Shown here in pieces: positions 23,246 to 33,738 of a stretch of 37,649 nt of DNA. The stretch covers positions 35,170,723 to 35,208,371 of the forward strand of contig NC_068988.1 of NCBI RefSeq assembly GCF_001194135.2, written 5' to 3'. The stretch comes from Octopus bimaculoides (taxonomy: Eukaryota). A program made the translations under genes and the position numbers. Within the stretch, counting starts at the first letter, position 1. Every line of letters starts with the position of its first letter. The notes beneath the pieces are model-generated. The model searched no databases. It worked only from the letters and a program-made list of their open reading frames with translations, and had not been told where the DNA came from.

Positions 23246-23814
23246 GTGTGATAATGAAAAGTGAAAATGACATTCAATATCTGCAGTAGTTGTTTGTCTT
23301 TGATTTAAGAACGCTTCGATGTATCTATGTATCAACTTTTCTTTCGATTTATGTATATGTCTCTCTCACTTTCTTTTTTCTCTCTCACTTCCTCTGTGTC
23401 CCTCCTCTCTCTCGCTTTTAGTTTAACAATGTGTGTATATATCTATGCATCAACTTTCCTTTCGATCTATGTATCTACTTGTCTTGCGATGAACATTTAA
23501 AAACACAAAACGAATGCAGTCACCACTAACTGTCTCTTTTACACTCTCTCTCTCTTTTACACACACTCTCGCTCTCTCTCTTTTACTTCCTCTCTGAAGC
23601 ATCTAAAGCACAAAACGAACACCGTCACCATGCATTGACTCTTTCACGCGCGCGCGCGCGCTCTGTCCTCCTCTCCCTCACTTTGCCGCTCACCTCTTCC
23701 TTTGAAGTAACCGTGACACAGACTACAGGTATGTACGTTCAAAAAGAACAAGTTAGAGTATTAATATTATTGATTATATATATTTCGTTTAGGCATTGCG
23801 AAACTAATAATCTT

Positions 23815-24000
23815 GGAGTGTTTACGTGTGTGTTTACATTCATGGTTGTCCCTACCACCACTTGACAACGGACGCTGGTTTGTTTACGTCTCCGGTACTA
23901 TGTGGTTTAGCAAAAATAATCCGAGAAAATAAATCCCAGACGTTTGGTGGTGCCCCAACATGGCTACTGTCCAATGACTGAATTAAGTAAAAGGTAAAAA
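23815..24000 (+). mobile_element. Diverged 3' half of SINE family C
   Basis: CCACTTGACAAC..GTTTACGTCTCC..GGTGCCCCAACATGGCTACTGTCCAATGACTGAA. Confidence 0.6.
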
Positions 24001-24836
24001 AATGAAAGAAATAAATAATTACTTATAGGTGTGAAAAATCTGCTTCAGTTTTCTTTCATTTTATTTTTCGTTTTCTCTTTGCTTTTAAGATTCATTATAA
24101 TGCTTTAAAAAAAGTTTCTTTGTGAATTACATTAATTTTATTTTTGCACTTATGCAGCCTGTCACAGGACATTATTTTAGCGTTTATATCAAGCTTTAAA
24201 AATAAACTACTAAATGGAAAATAACAATAGAAAATAAGGTCAACCCCATTTCATTGCATGTTTGTGAGACAGTTCCTTATAAATAAGCACAAGTTAATGA
24301 ACCAGCCGCCAATGAAAAGTTGAACTGATTCTAAGACGTAACATATTTCAATTTTGCAAACAATTAACTGAACTTCCTTTCTCAGAATAATTCTCTCGAC
24401 CAAAGGATATATATTTCAAAGTTTTAGTAATTAAGTGTTGCATGCTTGTCTTAGAAGTCTATACTGAATCATTGCCCGAAACTAAGGCAGAGACTCTCAC
24501 GCGTAACGTTTAAAAGTACACCGATCCATACTTAAAGACACCTTGACATATGTTCATTTATGTACACACACACACACACGTATACACTTTCTTAATTATG
24601 TATATAGAAGATATGTATCTCTGCTCGTCTCTCCTCATCCTTCTCTCCCTCTGTATATATATATATATATATATGTTCGTTTTGCAAGATTCTTGATGTG
24701 AAATTGTGTGTTGAAACAGATATTGTTGTATTTGGGGATGGTCATGTTGCCAATTTAGTCAATAAAAACACACGCACTATATATTTCATGTTAATTTGCT
24801 TCAGCTTTATTTTACATTACATTAATCGTATTTCGG

Positions 24837-24876
24837 CCAGAGTTCTTTCGTCACACTTCTGTGACCTCATCAGTAG
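24837..24876 (-). ncRNA. Minimal type-I hammerhead ribozyme motif (PLE-type)
   Basis: RNA CUA-CUGAUGA-G-GUCACA-GAAG-UGUGAC-GAAA-GAAC-UC-UGG. It has an intact core, a 6-bp stem II, a CUC cleavage triplet and a 3-bp stem I with one G-U pair. Confidence 0.6.
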
Positions 24877-25033
24877 TCCTTTGCTTTCTTCTTTCCTATT
24901 TGTGTGTCTTTCCTTACTAACGATCAGCCATTTTGACAAAATGGCTGACCACTAGTAAGGAAAGACACATTTTGACAAAATGGCTGATCATTAGTGAAGA
25001 AAGACACGCAAATAGGAAAGAAGAAAGCAAAAA

Positions 25034-25073
25034 CCACTGATGCGGCCACAGAAGTGTGACGAAAGAACTCTGG
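25034..25073 (+). ncRNA. Mirror copy of the hammerhead motif, with core position A9 changed to C
   Basis: RNA CCA-CUGAUGC-G-GCCACA-GAAG-UGUGAC-GAAA-GAAC-UC-UGG. Stem I CCA/UGG is perfect, and stem II has one mismatch. Confidence 0.45.
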
Positions 25074-25653
25074 CCGAAATAAGATATGTCGTTTGTTGTA
25101 GATGCGTTCAAAAAAAGTCTGTATTTTGTAATGAAGAGAGTCTCTTTACTACAACCTGAAGCCAACGAATTAGTAAAGAGACTCACTTTAATACAAAATA
25201 CAGACCCCTTTTGAACTCATCTACAATAAACGACAATGTCCACCACCGCCTTAGAAGAACACAAACACACATGCAAATATTAAAAATGATACACTCAAGA
25301 GATTCCTAACTCATTAAAAAACAGTCCCAATCACTACTATAATCAATAACGAGCCACTTTTAGGTCAATTGACCATTTAACATCCTACTACTATCATACC
25401 ACCTGCATTCCTCTATTATTCTCCCTTCTTTTTCTCCTTCTTATTCTTTGTCTTCTTCCTCTCCGCCACCTCCTTCCTAACTTTACCACTATTGCTGTTT
25501 GGAATAACACCTACGCGAACTTTTTAAAATATACATTCAAAAGAGATATCTAAAGAATTCAATCACTACTACCATCCACAACAGGTCACTTTCAGGGCAC
25601 TTGACCATTTAACATCCTACTACTATCATGGCACTCCCAAATCCTCCTCCTCC

Positions 25654-25713
25654 TTCTTCTTCTTCTTCTTCTTCTTCTTCTTCTTCTTCTTCTTCTTCTT
25701 CTTCTTCTTCTTC
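25654..25713. repeat. (TTC)~20 microsatellite
   Basis: Read directly from the sequence. Confidence 0.97.
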
Positions 25714-25872
25714 CCTACCAAGAATTCATAACGACCTCGAAACCACAAGAGTAAATAAGAGAGACAGAGACAGGCAGAAACAAGGAAAATGTCACTTGTA
25801 GTTGAATATTATGCAAATATTTTAAAAACTTTTCTTTCAATTTTTCCAAAATCTAATTGTTTTCCATACTTA

Positions 25873-25908
25873 CAGTTGAAAAAGTCTCAATCACTGAAAC
25901 CGGTACTA
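25873..25908 (+). ncRNA. Degenerate minimal hammerhead motif
   Basis: CAG-UUGAAAA-AGU-cucaauc-ACU-GAAA-CCGG-UA-CUA. Stem III is the palindrome ACCGGU, and the core carries two transitions relative to CUGAAGA. Confidence 0.45.
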
Positions 25909-27019
25909 AAATGTTTTTTATAAAATTATTTTAACATTTTCTACCTTGCCTTTTTTTTCATATATATATGTATATATGATGGTAATCTCTCATAGTCAGA
26001 GGAAGACGGTTTTATAATTTCTTGGTTAACAAGCTGCACAAAGGATTTGTCTATAGGGATCAAACGTCTGAGCAGAACATTAGCTCACTCCCTAACCCTC
26101 AGATGTTGCTTGAACAGGTGTGACTGAATTGATATATATTACGTTGGATCTCCGGTCATGCTGGGACAAGGTCTTGAAGTGCTTTTTAATCAAATTTTGG
26201 ATCACCAGCACTTATTTTGGTCAGTGCATTTTTTCCAATCTAATATTCATTAGTTAATTGAATTTCGTTTTTTCAAACGGTACTAGTGTTTTTAAAAGTC
26301 TGATTATGTCAAACACGTAAACGGTGACACACACACACGCACACACACGCACACACACGCACATACACACAAACACACATTCATATCACATGTATATCCA
26401 TATTATATATAATATATAACACACACACATATATATGTATGTGTGTGTGGTTAACTGTGTTTTCTTTATGGGCGCATACGTTTGTTCAGTGTTGGACATT
26501 GTTCATTGACCAAATTCATCTTGATCTATACATATTTGTGTCTACGCATAATTACTATTAATAATATAACCTCTGTCTTTTAACACACGCCAACCCAACA
26601 ATAACCCTAAGTAAATAATTAGATCTTGTTGGAAAATCCAGTCAACTTTCGACTTAACATTGTTACTTTTAATAAGTCCATTAGCATGGAAGCTCACAGT
26701 AGCTAAGCATTATCACATTTCACCGAACGAAACTAGCTAAATGTTGATCATCTTTATTACATTTGACCAATCCTAACCTTATCTTGCGAATCAAATCTCT
26801 AATGATTAAAAAAACAAGCAAATACAATAAGGTTTATTTTTATATTTCGGTATTACACTACGGATGTTAATCACTTCGTGTATGTGTGATGGTAAACGCT
26901 TCCAGAATGCAGTATTTCATTCTGGAAACGTCCCTTTAAAGACGAAGCGTGTTTTAAAAAATGCAGTACTCTTCAAAACCAAACGAAACGAATCGGTAGT
27001 GGAAGAGGACAAGAGATTC

Positions 27020-27215
27020 TTTTATTCTTTCACTAGTTTCAGTCATTTGACCGCGTTCATGCTGAAGCACTGCCTTAAAAGGCTTTAGTCGAAGAAATAG
27101 ACACCAGGACTTATTCTTTGTAAGCTTAGTTGTTATTCTATCGTCCCTTTTGTCGAACCGCTAAGTTATGGGGACATAAACACAACATCATCGGTTGTAA
27201 AGCGATGATGGGGGC
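27020..27215 (-). mobile_element. 3' half of SINE family C
   Basis: GTTTCAGTCATTTGACCGCGTTCATGCTGAAGCACTGCC..GGACTTATTCTTTGTAAGC..CATCATCGGTTGTAAAGCGATG on the plus strand. Confidence 0.82.
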
Positions 27216-27688
27216 AGGGTATATACATATATATTAATAGTCTGCCAGAAAAATGTATACACACTTTAGGAAAGGAAAAAAATCTGTATAGATATTTTAA
27301 TCCAGTGTTATCGCAGTTTGATTCAACATCGAAAGAGGTATCTATATTGATAGAGGTACTTATACAAGTTAGATATGTATACGCATAAATATTTGTACCT
27401 CGAAGGTTAACTTTCTAGGTGCAGTCCCATGGTCATTCATGACGAAATGGGGTCTTTTACCTTTTTGTGCTCTTTTGGACACAAAATTTAAATTCCGTTA
27501 GTGGAACAGCGTCCTGTAGGATTTAATCGAATTAATCAACTCCGCCACCACCACATAACTACTACTCATTTTTAAAGCCCTAAATCTATCCACCTCTTGC
27601 CGAACCAATAAGTTTTGGGAATGCGAACAAACCAACACCGATTTTCAAGATGTGGTGGAGAACAAACAAAAGGATATAGACACTTAGA

Positions 27689-27752
<64 letters not shown>
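27689..27752. repeat. (TATC)16 microsatellite
   Basis: Read directly from the sequence. Confidence 0.97.
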
Positions 27753-27753
<1 letters not shown>

Positions 27754-27905
27754 GAAGTGGACAGGGACGGAGCTAAAGAAGATGGACAGACAGGAAGCCA
27801 AGAAAGTTCCTAACGATGCATGGAGCCCATCATCCACGTGTAGACACTGATCGCCTATACATGAAGAGAGCAAATGCAGGAAGGGGACTGATAAATGTGG
27901 AAGAC
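27752..27905 (+). mobile_element. Internal fragment of the same R4/Dong-like family as 8158-9500
   Basis: Aligns to about 8368-8516 (CTGAAGTGGACAG...GATCGCCTATACATGAAGAGAGCAAATG...GTGGAAGAC). Confidence 0.9.
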
Positions 27906-28340
27906 ATTCCTGTACCGCTTCCTCCTCTGCTACTTCAACTTTCTTTGTTGTCACATCCAACGTTCTATAAATAATTGTCCTTTTTTCCGTTTTTCCAAGT
28001 ATTTCTTTAGGGGGAGTCAACCACTGGTTGCCCCACTTCTTCAGTAAACCGTTATATTTTTTAAAAAATCTCTTTTAATTCGATTTCATGGACCTGCAGT
28101 GCCATGGACCTTTGGTTTACATACCATGACGGTATTATTCCTAACTTCACCCATAAATGGGGAAGGAAAAATAAAAGCCAGTTAACAACAACAATTCCAA
28201 CAATCCCAGTTAATAACAGTTCAACAATTCAGTAACTTAACAATGCAATACAACAAAACTTACATGGAGAGAACTCAAATACAGCAACTCGCGGCTTTAC
28301 ACAGCTCTCATTTCTTTTATTTAGGCACATGGCCTTTATA
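27902..28340 (-). mobile_element. 5' end (UTR + ORF1 N-terminus) of an L1/Tx1-like element, copy C
   Basis: Paralogous to about 29640-30040. Reads MALQVHEIELKEIF*KYNGLLKKWGNQWLTPPKEILGKTEKRTIIYRTLDVTTKKVEVAEEEAVQECL. Confidence 0.7.
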
Positions 28341-28342
28341 AA

Positions 28343-28387
28343 GACAACACAAGGACAGACAACACAAGGACAGACAACACAAGGACA
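28343..28387. repeat. 15-bp unit GACAACACAAGGACA x3, perfect
   Basis: Read directly from the sequence. Confidence 0.95.
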
Positions 28388-28752
28388 GACAAAACAATAC
28401 ATGGGGTACATAAACACGTATAACGAAGGAATTATGAATATGAATGAAATGAGAATGCAATGGTTTTCCTACCCACGAAAGTAGGTAGCTCCATTTTACT
28501 GTTTTTTAACAATAAAATATGTACTTATCAGTCTTGTATCATGTTAGTTTTCCTTTTGTTTAAAAATCCACAGAATATCACAGCAAAAATTTCATCAAAT
28601 CTTCAAATGTTATCGCTGATGGCAAATCATCGTAACGAAATCGAATTCCTGTCATCTCTATCCTGTTGCCATATATTTATTGCAACCTTCGTGCTCTATC
28701 ATCCTCCAACAACACCACTTCCTCATTTCAATTTTCCTCTTTGTCAGCCAGT

Positions 28753-29830
28753 TTAACCTTTATTACATGTTTTATTTTTAAAATTCTCTTTTCTACCTCT
28801 GCACTCTTTTTTGTAACGAACCATCATCCTTTCATATTTCCCCTCCGAGGGCTCTCTCTGCTCTACCTCACCACTCTCTACCTCTGTTGCTGGTATTCCC
28901 GTTTCTGCTTGTCCTTCACTTGCATATCTCTTCTTCTTCCTCCTCCTTCCTAGTTGAAGGCAACGGTCCTTGTGTTCGTCCCTCAGTTGGTTCCTCATTC
29001 CTTCCTTTCTCGCTCTTGCCCTCCTCCACCCTCCCCTCTTTTTAGGTGGAGATTTCCACGTTACTCCTCTTTCTCTCCTCCACTGTATACCTCTCCACCA
29101 CTTCCTGCTCCTCTGTAGCCACACGCTCCTCCTCCCGACGCTCCCTCTCCGCCTCCTCCTGCTCGTGCTTCTGGGGATGCTCTGCTTTCATGCGTCCCCC
29201 CACTCCACATGAGCAACATACCGGAGGTCTCCCCTCTACGACGATTCCCAATCTTGTCTCATCCGGCAGTAGCAGCCCCTCTGCAATTCTATGAAGGTCC
29301 GGCAGGCTATTACGGGCCGACACCTTCAGTCTATATCCCCACCAGTCCACCACTGTCGCTCTCGACACCCTCAACACCCTCAACACCTGAGTACCCTCCT
29401 CCGAGTCATAGAGGACGGCTGCCGCCGGCCACGCCTCATCAACTTCTGCGGGCACTCCACCTATCCCCACTCCGGTCGCACGCTTGCCACAGTAAGCAGG
29501 TAGAAGCGCCCACCCGGCCGATCTCAAACGTACAGCGGAGCGCTTCCCCCCTTCCTCCTCGCTTACGAAGCGCACCTCCACTACGCTGTATTCCCCTCCC
29601 CTCGTCTAAAAAGTGGTAATATCCTCCATCTCTCGCAGACACTCCTCTGCCGCTACCTCAACTCCCCTCGCTGTTACATTCAACGTTCCATAAACAATTG
29701 TCCTCCTTNNNNNNNNNNCCTCAGTAAACCATTATATTTCTCAAAATTCCTCTCCTCCAATTCGACTTCATGGGCCTGCAGTACCTCTACTGACAGGCCC
29801 CCGCTGGTCCACGTTCCATGTCGGCACCAT
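28753..29830 (-). pseudogene. Decayed gag-like ORF1 of an L1/Tx1-like element (copy B)
   Basis: LQAHEVELEE..KYNGLLR/RRTIVYGTLNVTARGVEVAAEECLREMEDITTF*TRGGEYSVVEVRF...IVVEGRPPVCCSCGVGGRMKAEHP (degenerate CX2CX4HX4C), followed by an E/R/K-rich tail. One stop, one frameshift and a 10-N gap. Linking it to L1/Tx1 is an inference. Confidence 0.7.
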
Positions 29831-30694
29831 TCCCAACTTGACCCATAAATGGTAAAGAAAAAAACCAAAGCCAGTCAACAACAACGATTCCAACAACTCC
29901 AGTCAACAACAGTTCAACAATTCAGCAAATTAACAATGCAGTGCAACAAAATTCACATAGAACGAACTCAAATACAACAACTTGCGGATTTACACAGCTC
30001 ACCGACTCCCACACTCTCTGCTCATGTCCATTTATAGTGGCACAGTCCATTAGGTACCAACAAAATAGGGGCGTTCTACTTCCACATAACAAAATTAATA
30101 ACATGTAAGCTCACTTATTGACGCGAGCTATCTTGTAGTTTTTTAAAATTTTATTTATTTAATTCTTAAAGGAGACATGAAGACAGAGACACCCAACCTC
30201 CAGTTAGCTATCTAATATAATGATACTAATAAAAACTAGGCTACATATATCATGTGAATACTAACAAATGTCAAAGCTTCGGAGGAAGAAACACTAGCTA
30301 AATGCTTGTTCACCAATCTATTTTCGAGTAAAATTCAAAACAAATAAATATCGTTCATAAGCGTGTAATTGGCTCTCCACTTTTGCGCTGCAGAATCTGA
30401 AGCCTGATTGAATAAATGCCAATTTTCAATCTACGCCGATGTCATTAATGTCATGGTCCCGTGTTTCCCTGTTGATCAGGTTACCATGACAAGTGCTCCT
30501 CTCTCTTCCGTATATTTCAGCCTAGAGGTCCATTTACTGGTGTCATCCTCGTCACTTCCCCACCCAATTTTTGAATTTTACTGAGAGGAAGTACATACCT
30601 CACTACTCTAAGTCCTTAACAAGTGATAGGAAAATAATTCTTCCATATTTCCAACCAAGTCCATCGAAAATATCAACCAGTTATTTTTATTGTC

Positions 30695-32320
30695 GTTCAA
30701 AGTTTCTCCGAGAACGTAGTTGATCATATCCATCATTAATCCTTTATAGTACGCCATGGTGGAATTTGTGTTGATTGCATTGCGTCGCTGCCCAGAGTTA
30801 CGTGAGCACCTGACACCAGTCTTGGTGCTTATGGCCGTACCTCTGTCGATACTTGATGTAGGGCTGCCGCTCTGTCAAACAGACACGCGAAAAAGCCCGT
30901 GTAACAAGCGACGACAGCTCCATACCGTCAAGTAAACACTGCTAATATTGTAGCTTCTGCGCATCTATGTGCATCGTTATTCACGACATGCCCAGTTCGC
31001 CACACAAAGGCTACAGACCAAAAATAGAATGTCTGGCCAGTGGGATGCGTCCCTTCCACAAAAGACAGAAAAACGAGCTCTCCATTCTGGTCAACTATTA
31101 AGTTGGGCAAGGCACGACATTTAGCTAGTAGGGGTTGATGGATACTATATAAGTATTAAAAACCTCGACCCAACCCTTCAAGGACAGTTTTCCTTCAGCC
31201 CATCTCTTGGTGAGATTAACCACTATGTCCAGCACTTCCAAGTTCTCCACCTGATGGTCTGGATTAAACCAAACTCTTAGCAATTTAACTAGTCTGTCGA
31301 TCCAGCGTCCAAATGATGCTCTAGGTTGTTATGGATCTACTCCTTCACGTAACAAGCTGCAAGCCCAAACACTTCACCTAGTTAATGTTTGCTCCTGTCA
31401 CTGTCTCTTATTCTCTTAGTTAAATTCCGATCACACCGATGGTTTGGTGTCCAACACTATTACGGCAACTTTTTCCATATATGCAAACGCGGATCATCTG
31501 AATCCTAGTGCTCCTGGGATGTCCTTCGGAAGCTTCTGAAGCTGTGACTTTAAGTTCAGCACGTACACAAAGGAAGAGGGGCTCACTTTTGATGGAGTGA
31601 TTGCTTGATACTGAGTGGTTCCAACAGGTGGCCATTTACTCTTCATATTGATAACGAAACTAGCATTGATAGTCGACTCGAGTGAGAGTTTTGAAATCTA
31701 TACTGATGAGTAATTCATGTATCTTGTGAGGCGGAGGTTGCCGTAGATAGATCTGTTCTGTATGGTGCATGTCTGTGCCTCACCAACCACTTAGCTAACA
31801 CCTTGGTCAACATCTTCAAATCGGTATTTAGAATCGTTACAAACCTCACGCTGTAAAAGTCATCCCCTTTGTTCGTGTCCTTTCTAAGCAATACCATCAC
31901 ACTTCTCTTCGCATACCTGGGAATTCTCCCACTCTGTTGCCCCTTTGGTGGCCCCCGAGCAAATTTGGCACATGAAGATGAAGCTCATAGGACAAACTAT
32001 CCAGTCTCAGAATCTTCTTTCTCGTGGAGTCACTCATCGCTACCCGTATTTCGATGGTTGTTATTAGTCATCTGCAAAATTTTATATCTCTGTCTGAGAG
32101 CCGTAGCAGGCCGTCGAGGAAGTCGGTAAAGTGCAACAATGTCTTCGCTCCAGCGCTCTCCCCAAACATCTGAGTGGCATACCGCTGAAAAACCGCACGC
32201 TTCAGCTGAGAATCGAGTAACACACGCCCTGCTAATCCGTCAAAGATCGAATTGTGGCTTTGTTGTCAGGTTACGCCTCCAACATACGAGGCCAATGAAC
32301 GGCTTTCGCTTCCTCATGCA
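30695..32320 (-). pseudogene. Decayed L1/Tx1-clade ORF2 (reverse transcriptase region), 5'-truncated
   Basis: Colinear motifs across frameshifts: RLDSLSYELHLHVPNLLG; VLLRKDTNKGD..RFVTILNTDLKMLTKVLAK; RSIYGNL; IDF..RVD; VNGHLLEPLSI; AYMEKVAVIV (YADD position); ETVTGANIN; WAEGKLSLKG; WKGRIPL..PLCGELGM; TMAYYKGL..VLGETL. Confidence 0.85.
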
Positions 32321-32545
32321 TTAAATAAATACATATAAATGAATAAAAAAAATAATTATCAAGAAAATTTTAACAACAAAAGCCCTAATGGAAGAGAATT
32401 GCTTCTGATAAGAATTTCTAACATAGGAGGAGATTGCACATTTCAAGAGAGTGTATACATTGGTACAGAGTGTGGTAGATTCTTATTTCATCGATTCTGA
32501 AATAAAGCAATCAAAATCGACGTTAGAGTGACTCGCACTCAGACT

Positions 32546-32757
32546 ATTGGTTTCAAATTTTAGCACAAGGCCAACAATTTCTGGAGAGGGGTAAGTCGAT
32601 TACATAAACACCAGTGTTCAATTGGCACTTATTTTACTGACCTCGAAAAAATGAACAATAAAGTCGACCTCGACGAAATTTGGATTGAGAACGTAAAGAC
32701 GGAAAAAAAAAAAGCCGCTAACTATTTTGTTCGCCGTGCTAACGATTCTGAAAGCTC
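32546..32757 (-). mobile_element. Meta-domain-like SINE (family B)
   Basis: Aligns along its length with 33739-33947. Confidence 0.82.
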
Positions 32758-33161
32758 AGAATATCAAGCTTTCGAACCCAGTATATTAAGCTATGGAAGT
32801 AATAACTACAAATAACTGTTTGCACCTCTTCTTCCGATACCGCTGTCTTATTCTGTTATATGAAATATGCTGAGGAAATAGATGGTGCAAACACACACAG
32901 ACACATAAATATATGCGCTATAAAATATATCAGAGGATGAGAAAATGACCATTGTATATAGTATATTCGGAATCCCAACAGAAAAGAAGATTAAGACAAA
33001 CGGTTCGGGTATTAGCGTTAAAGACTATCAAGAAATATCTTAATCGACGTATCCTTTACAACGACTGACAATATAGTTCTGACAGAAAGGTCTGAATATA
33101 AAGGCTTGGAAATAGAGATATTTAGAACATAGCCATTGAAGAGAGAGAAACAGTTCCCTAG

Positions 33162-33221
<60 letters not shown>

Positions 33222-33240
33222 TTAATAATAATAATAATAA
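33162..33240. repeat. (TAA)n microsatellite
   Basis: Read directly from the sequence. Confidence 0.97.
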
Positions 33241-33344
33241 TCGATGATCGATACAATGAGAAATACAAAAGTATATAGAAAGCAATCTTTATAATAATGA
33301 TCTTAATGAAAGAATGTATGAATATAGGCATGTTTATATAATTC

Positions 33345-33600
33345 TATCCTTCTACCTGTCTCACTCATAGGACTGCGGCCCTGCTGGAGCACCGCCTTGA
33401 AGTGTTGCTGAGAGGGATGGGGACCAACATAAACACACACGCACGCACATTTACAACAAACTTCTACATAGTCCCTGTTTACCAAATTCACTTATAACGC
33501 ACTGATCGAACAAAGGTTATACTAGTAGACATCTGCCTATGGTGATGTGCAGTGGGATTGAACCGAGACTATGTGGGTGCGAAACGAAATTCTTAACCTC
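33345..33600 (-). mobile_element. Diverged, internally deleted SINE family C copy
   Basis: The 3' half (GACTGCGGCCCTGCTGGAGCACCGCCTTGAAG), a CA-rich spacer and the CORE/head part, in the expected order. Confidence 0.65.
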
Positions 33601-33738
33601 ATAAAATACAACTAATCTAAACACTTCTGCACACTACCAAATTATACATATACACGCATAAACACACACACACCCACAAGTATACCTACATACAATCATA
33701 CATAGGTATATACATACAGACATATGAATATATACCGA

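Larger units (their letters stand above)
24697..25081. mobile_element. Fold-back element: 253-bp near-palindrome (24829-25081), probably a Penelope-like pseudo-LTR with a 5' inverted duplication
   Basis: The outer 35 bp are perfectly inverted (TATTTCGGCCAGAGTTCTTTCGTCACACTTCTGTG). The centre is CAGCCATTTTG-A-CAAAATGGCTG at 24936. There is a 39-bp internal tandem duplication (24931/24970), and each arm carries a hammerhead-like motif. Confidence 0.65.
25087..25950 (+). mobile_element. 5'-truncated Penelope-like element remnant with an inverted 5' duplication (hairpin 25087-25235)
   Basis: Arms 25087-25151 / 25171-25235. The plus strand at 25163-25222 reads QRISKETHFNTKYRPLLNSS and the inverted arm reads SKETLFITKYRLFLNAS, both like a GIY-YIG C-terminal E..FI..Y.P.LN motif. 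A hammerhead relic lies at 25873-25908. The 3' boundary is approximate. Confidence 0.55.
916..29718. other. Eight assembly gaps (approx. 916-1882, 5263-5348, 6217-6357, 10272-11072, 12050-12466, 19240-19581, 21214-21835, 29709-29718)
   Basis: Runs of N. Most abut (TA)n or (CA)n microsatellites, typical of a short-read assembly. Confidence 0.98.

Noticed and set aside
24829-25081. TA target-site duplication as evidence for a Tc1/mariner MITE
   Set aside because: TA is self-complementary and simply part of the palindrome, so it is not independent evidence. A MITE origin is disfavoured but not excluded.
28343-28387. CRISPR-like or CVVCP metallothionein-like repeat
   Set aside because: The units are contiguous with no spacers, and the DNA is eukaryotic. 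It is a simple 15-bp tandem repeat.
27970-30040. LTR pair flanking a gag gene
   Set aside because: The repeated segment includes about 65 codons of ORF1 and the copies are clearly diverged. I found no TG..CA ends, PBS or PPT.
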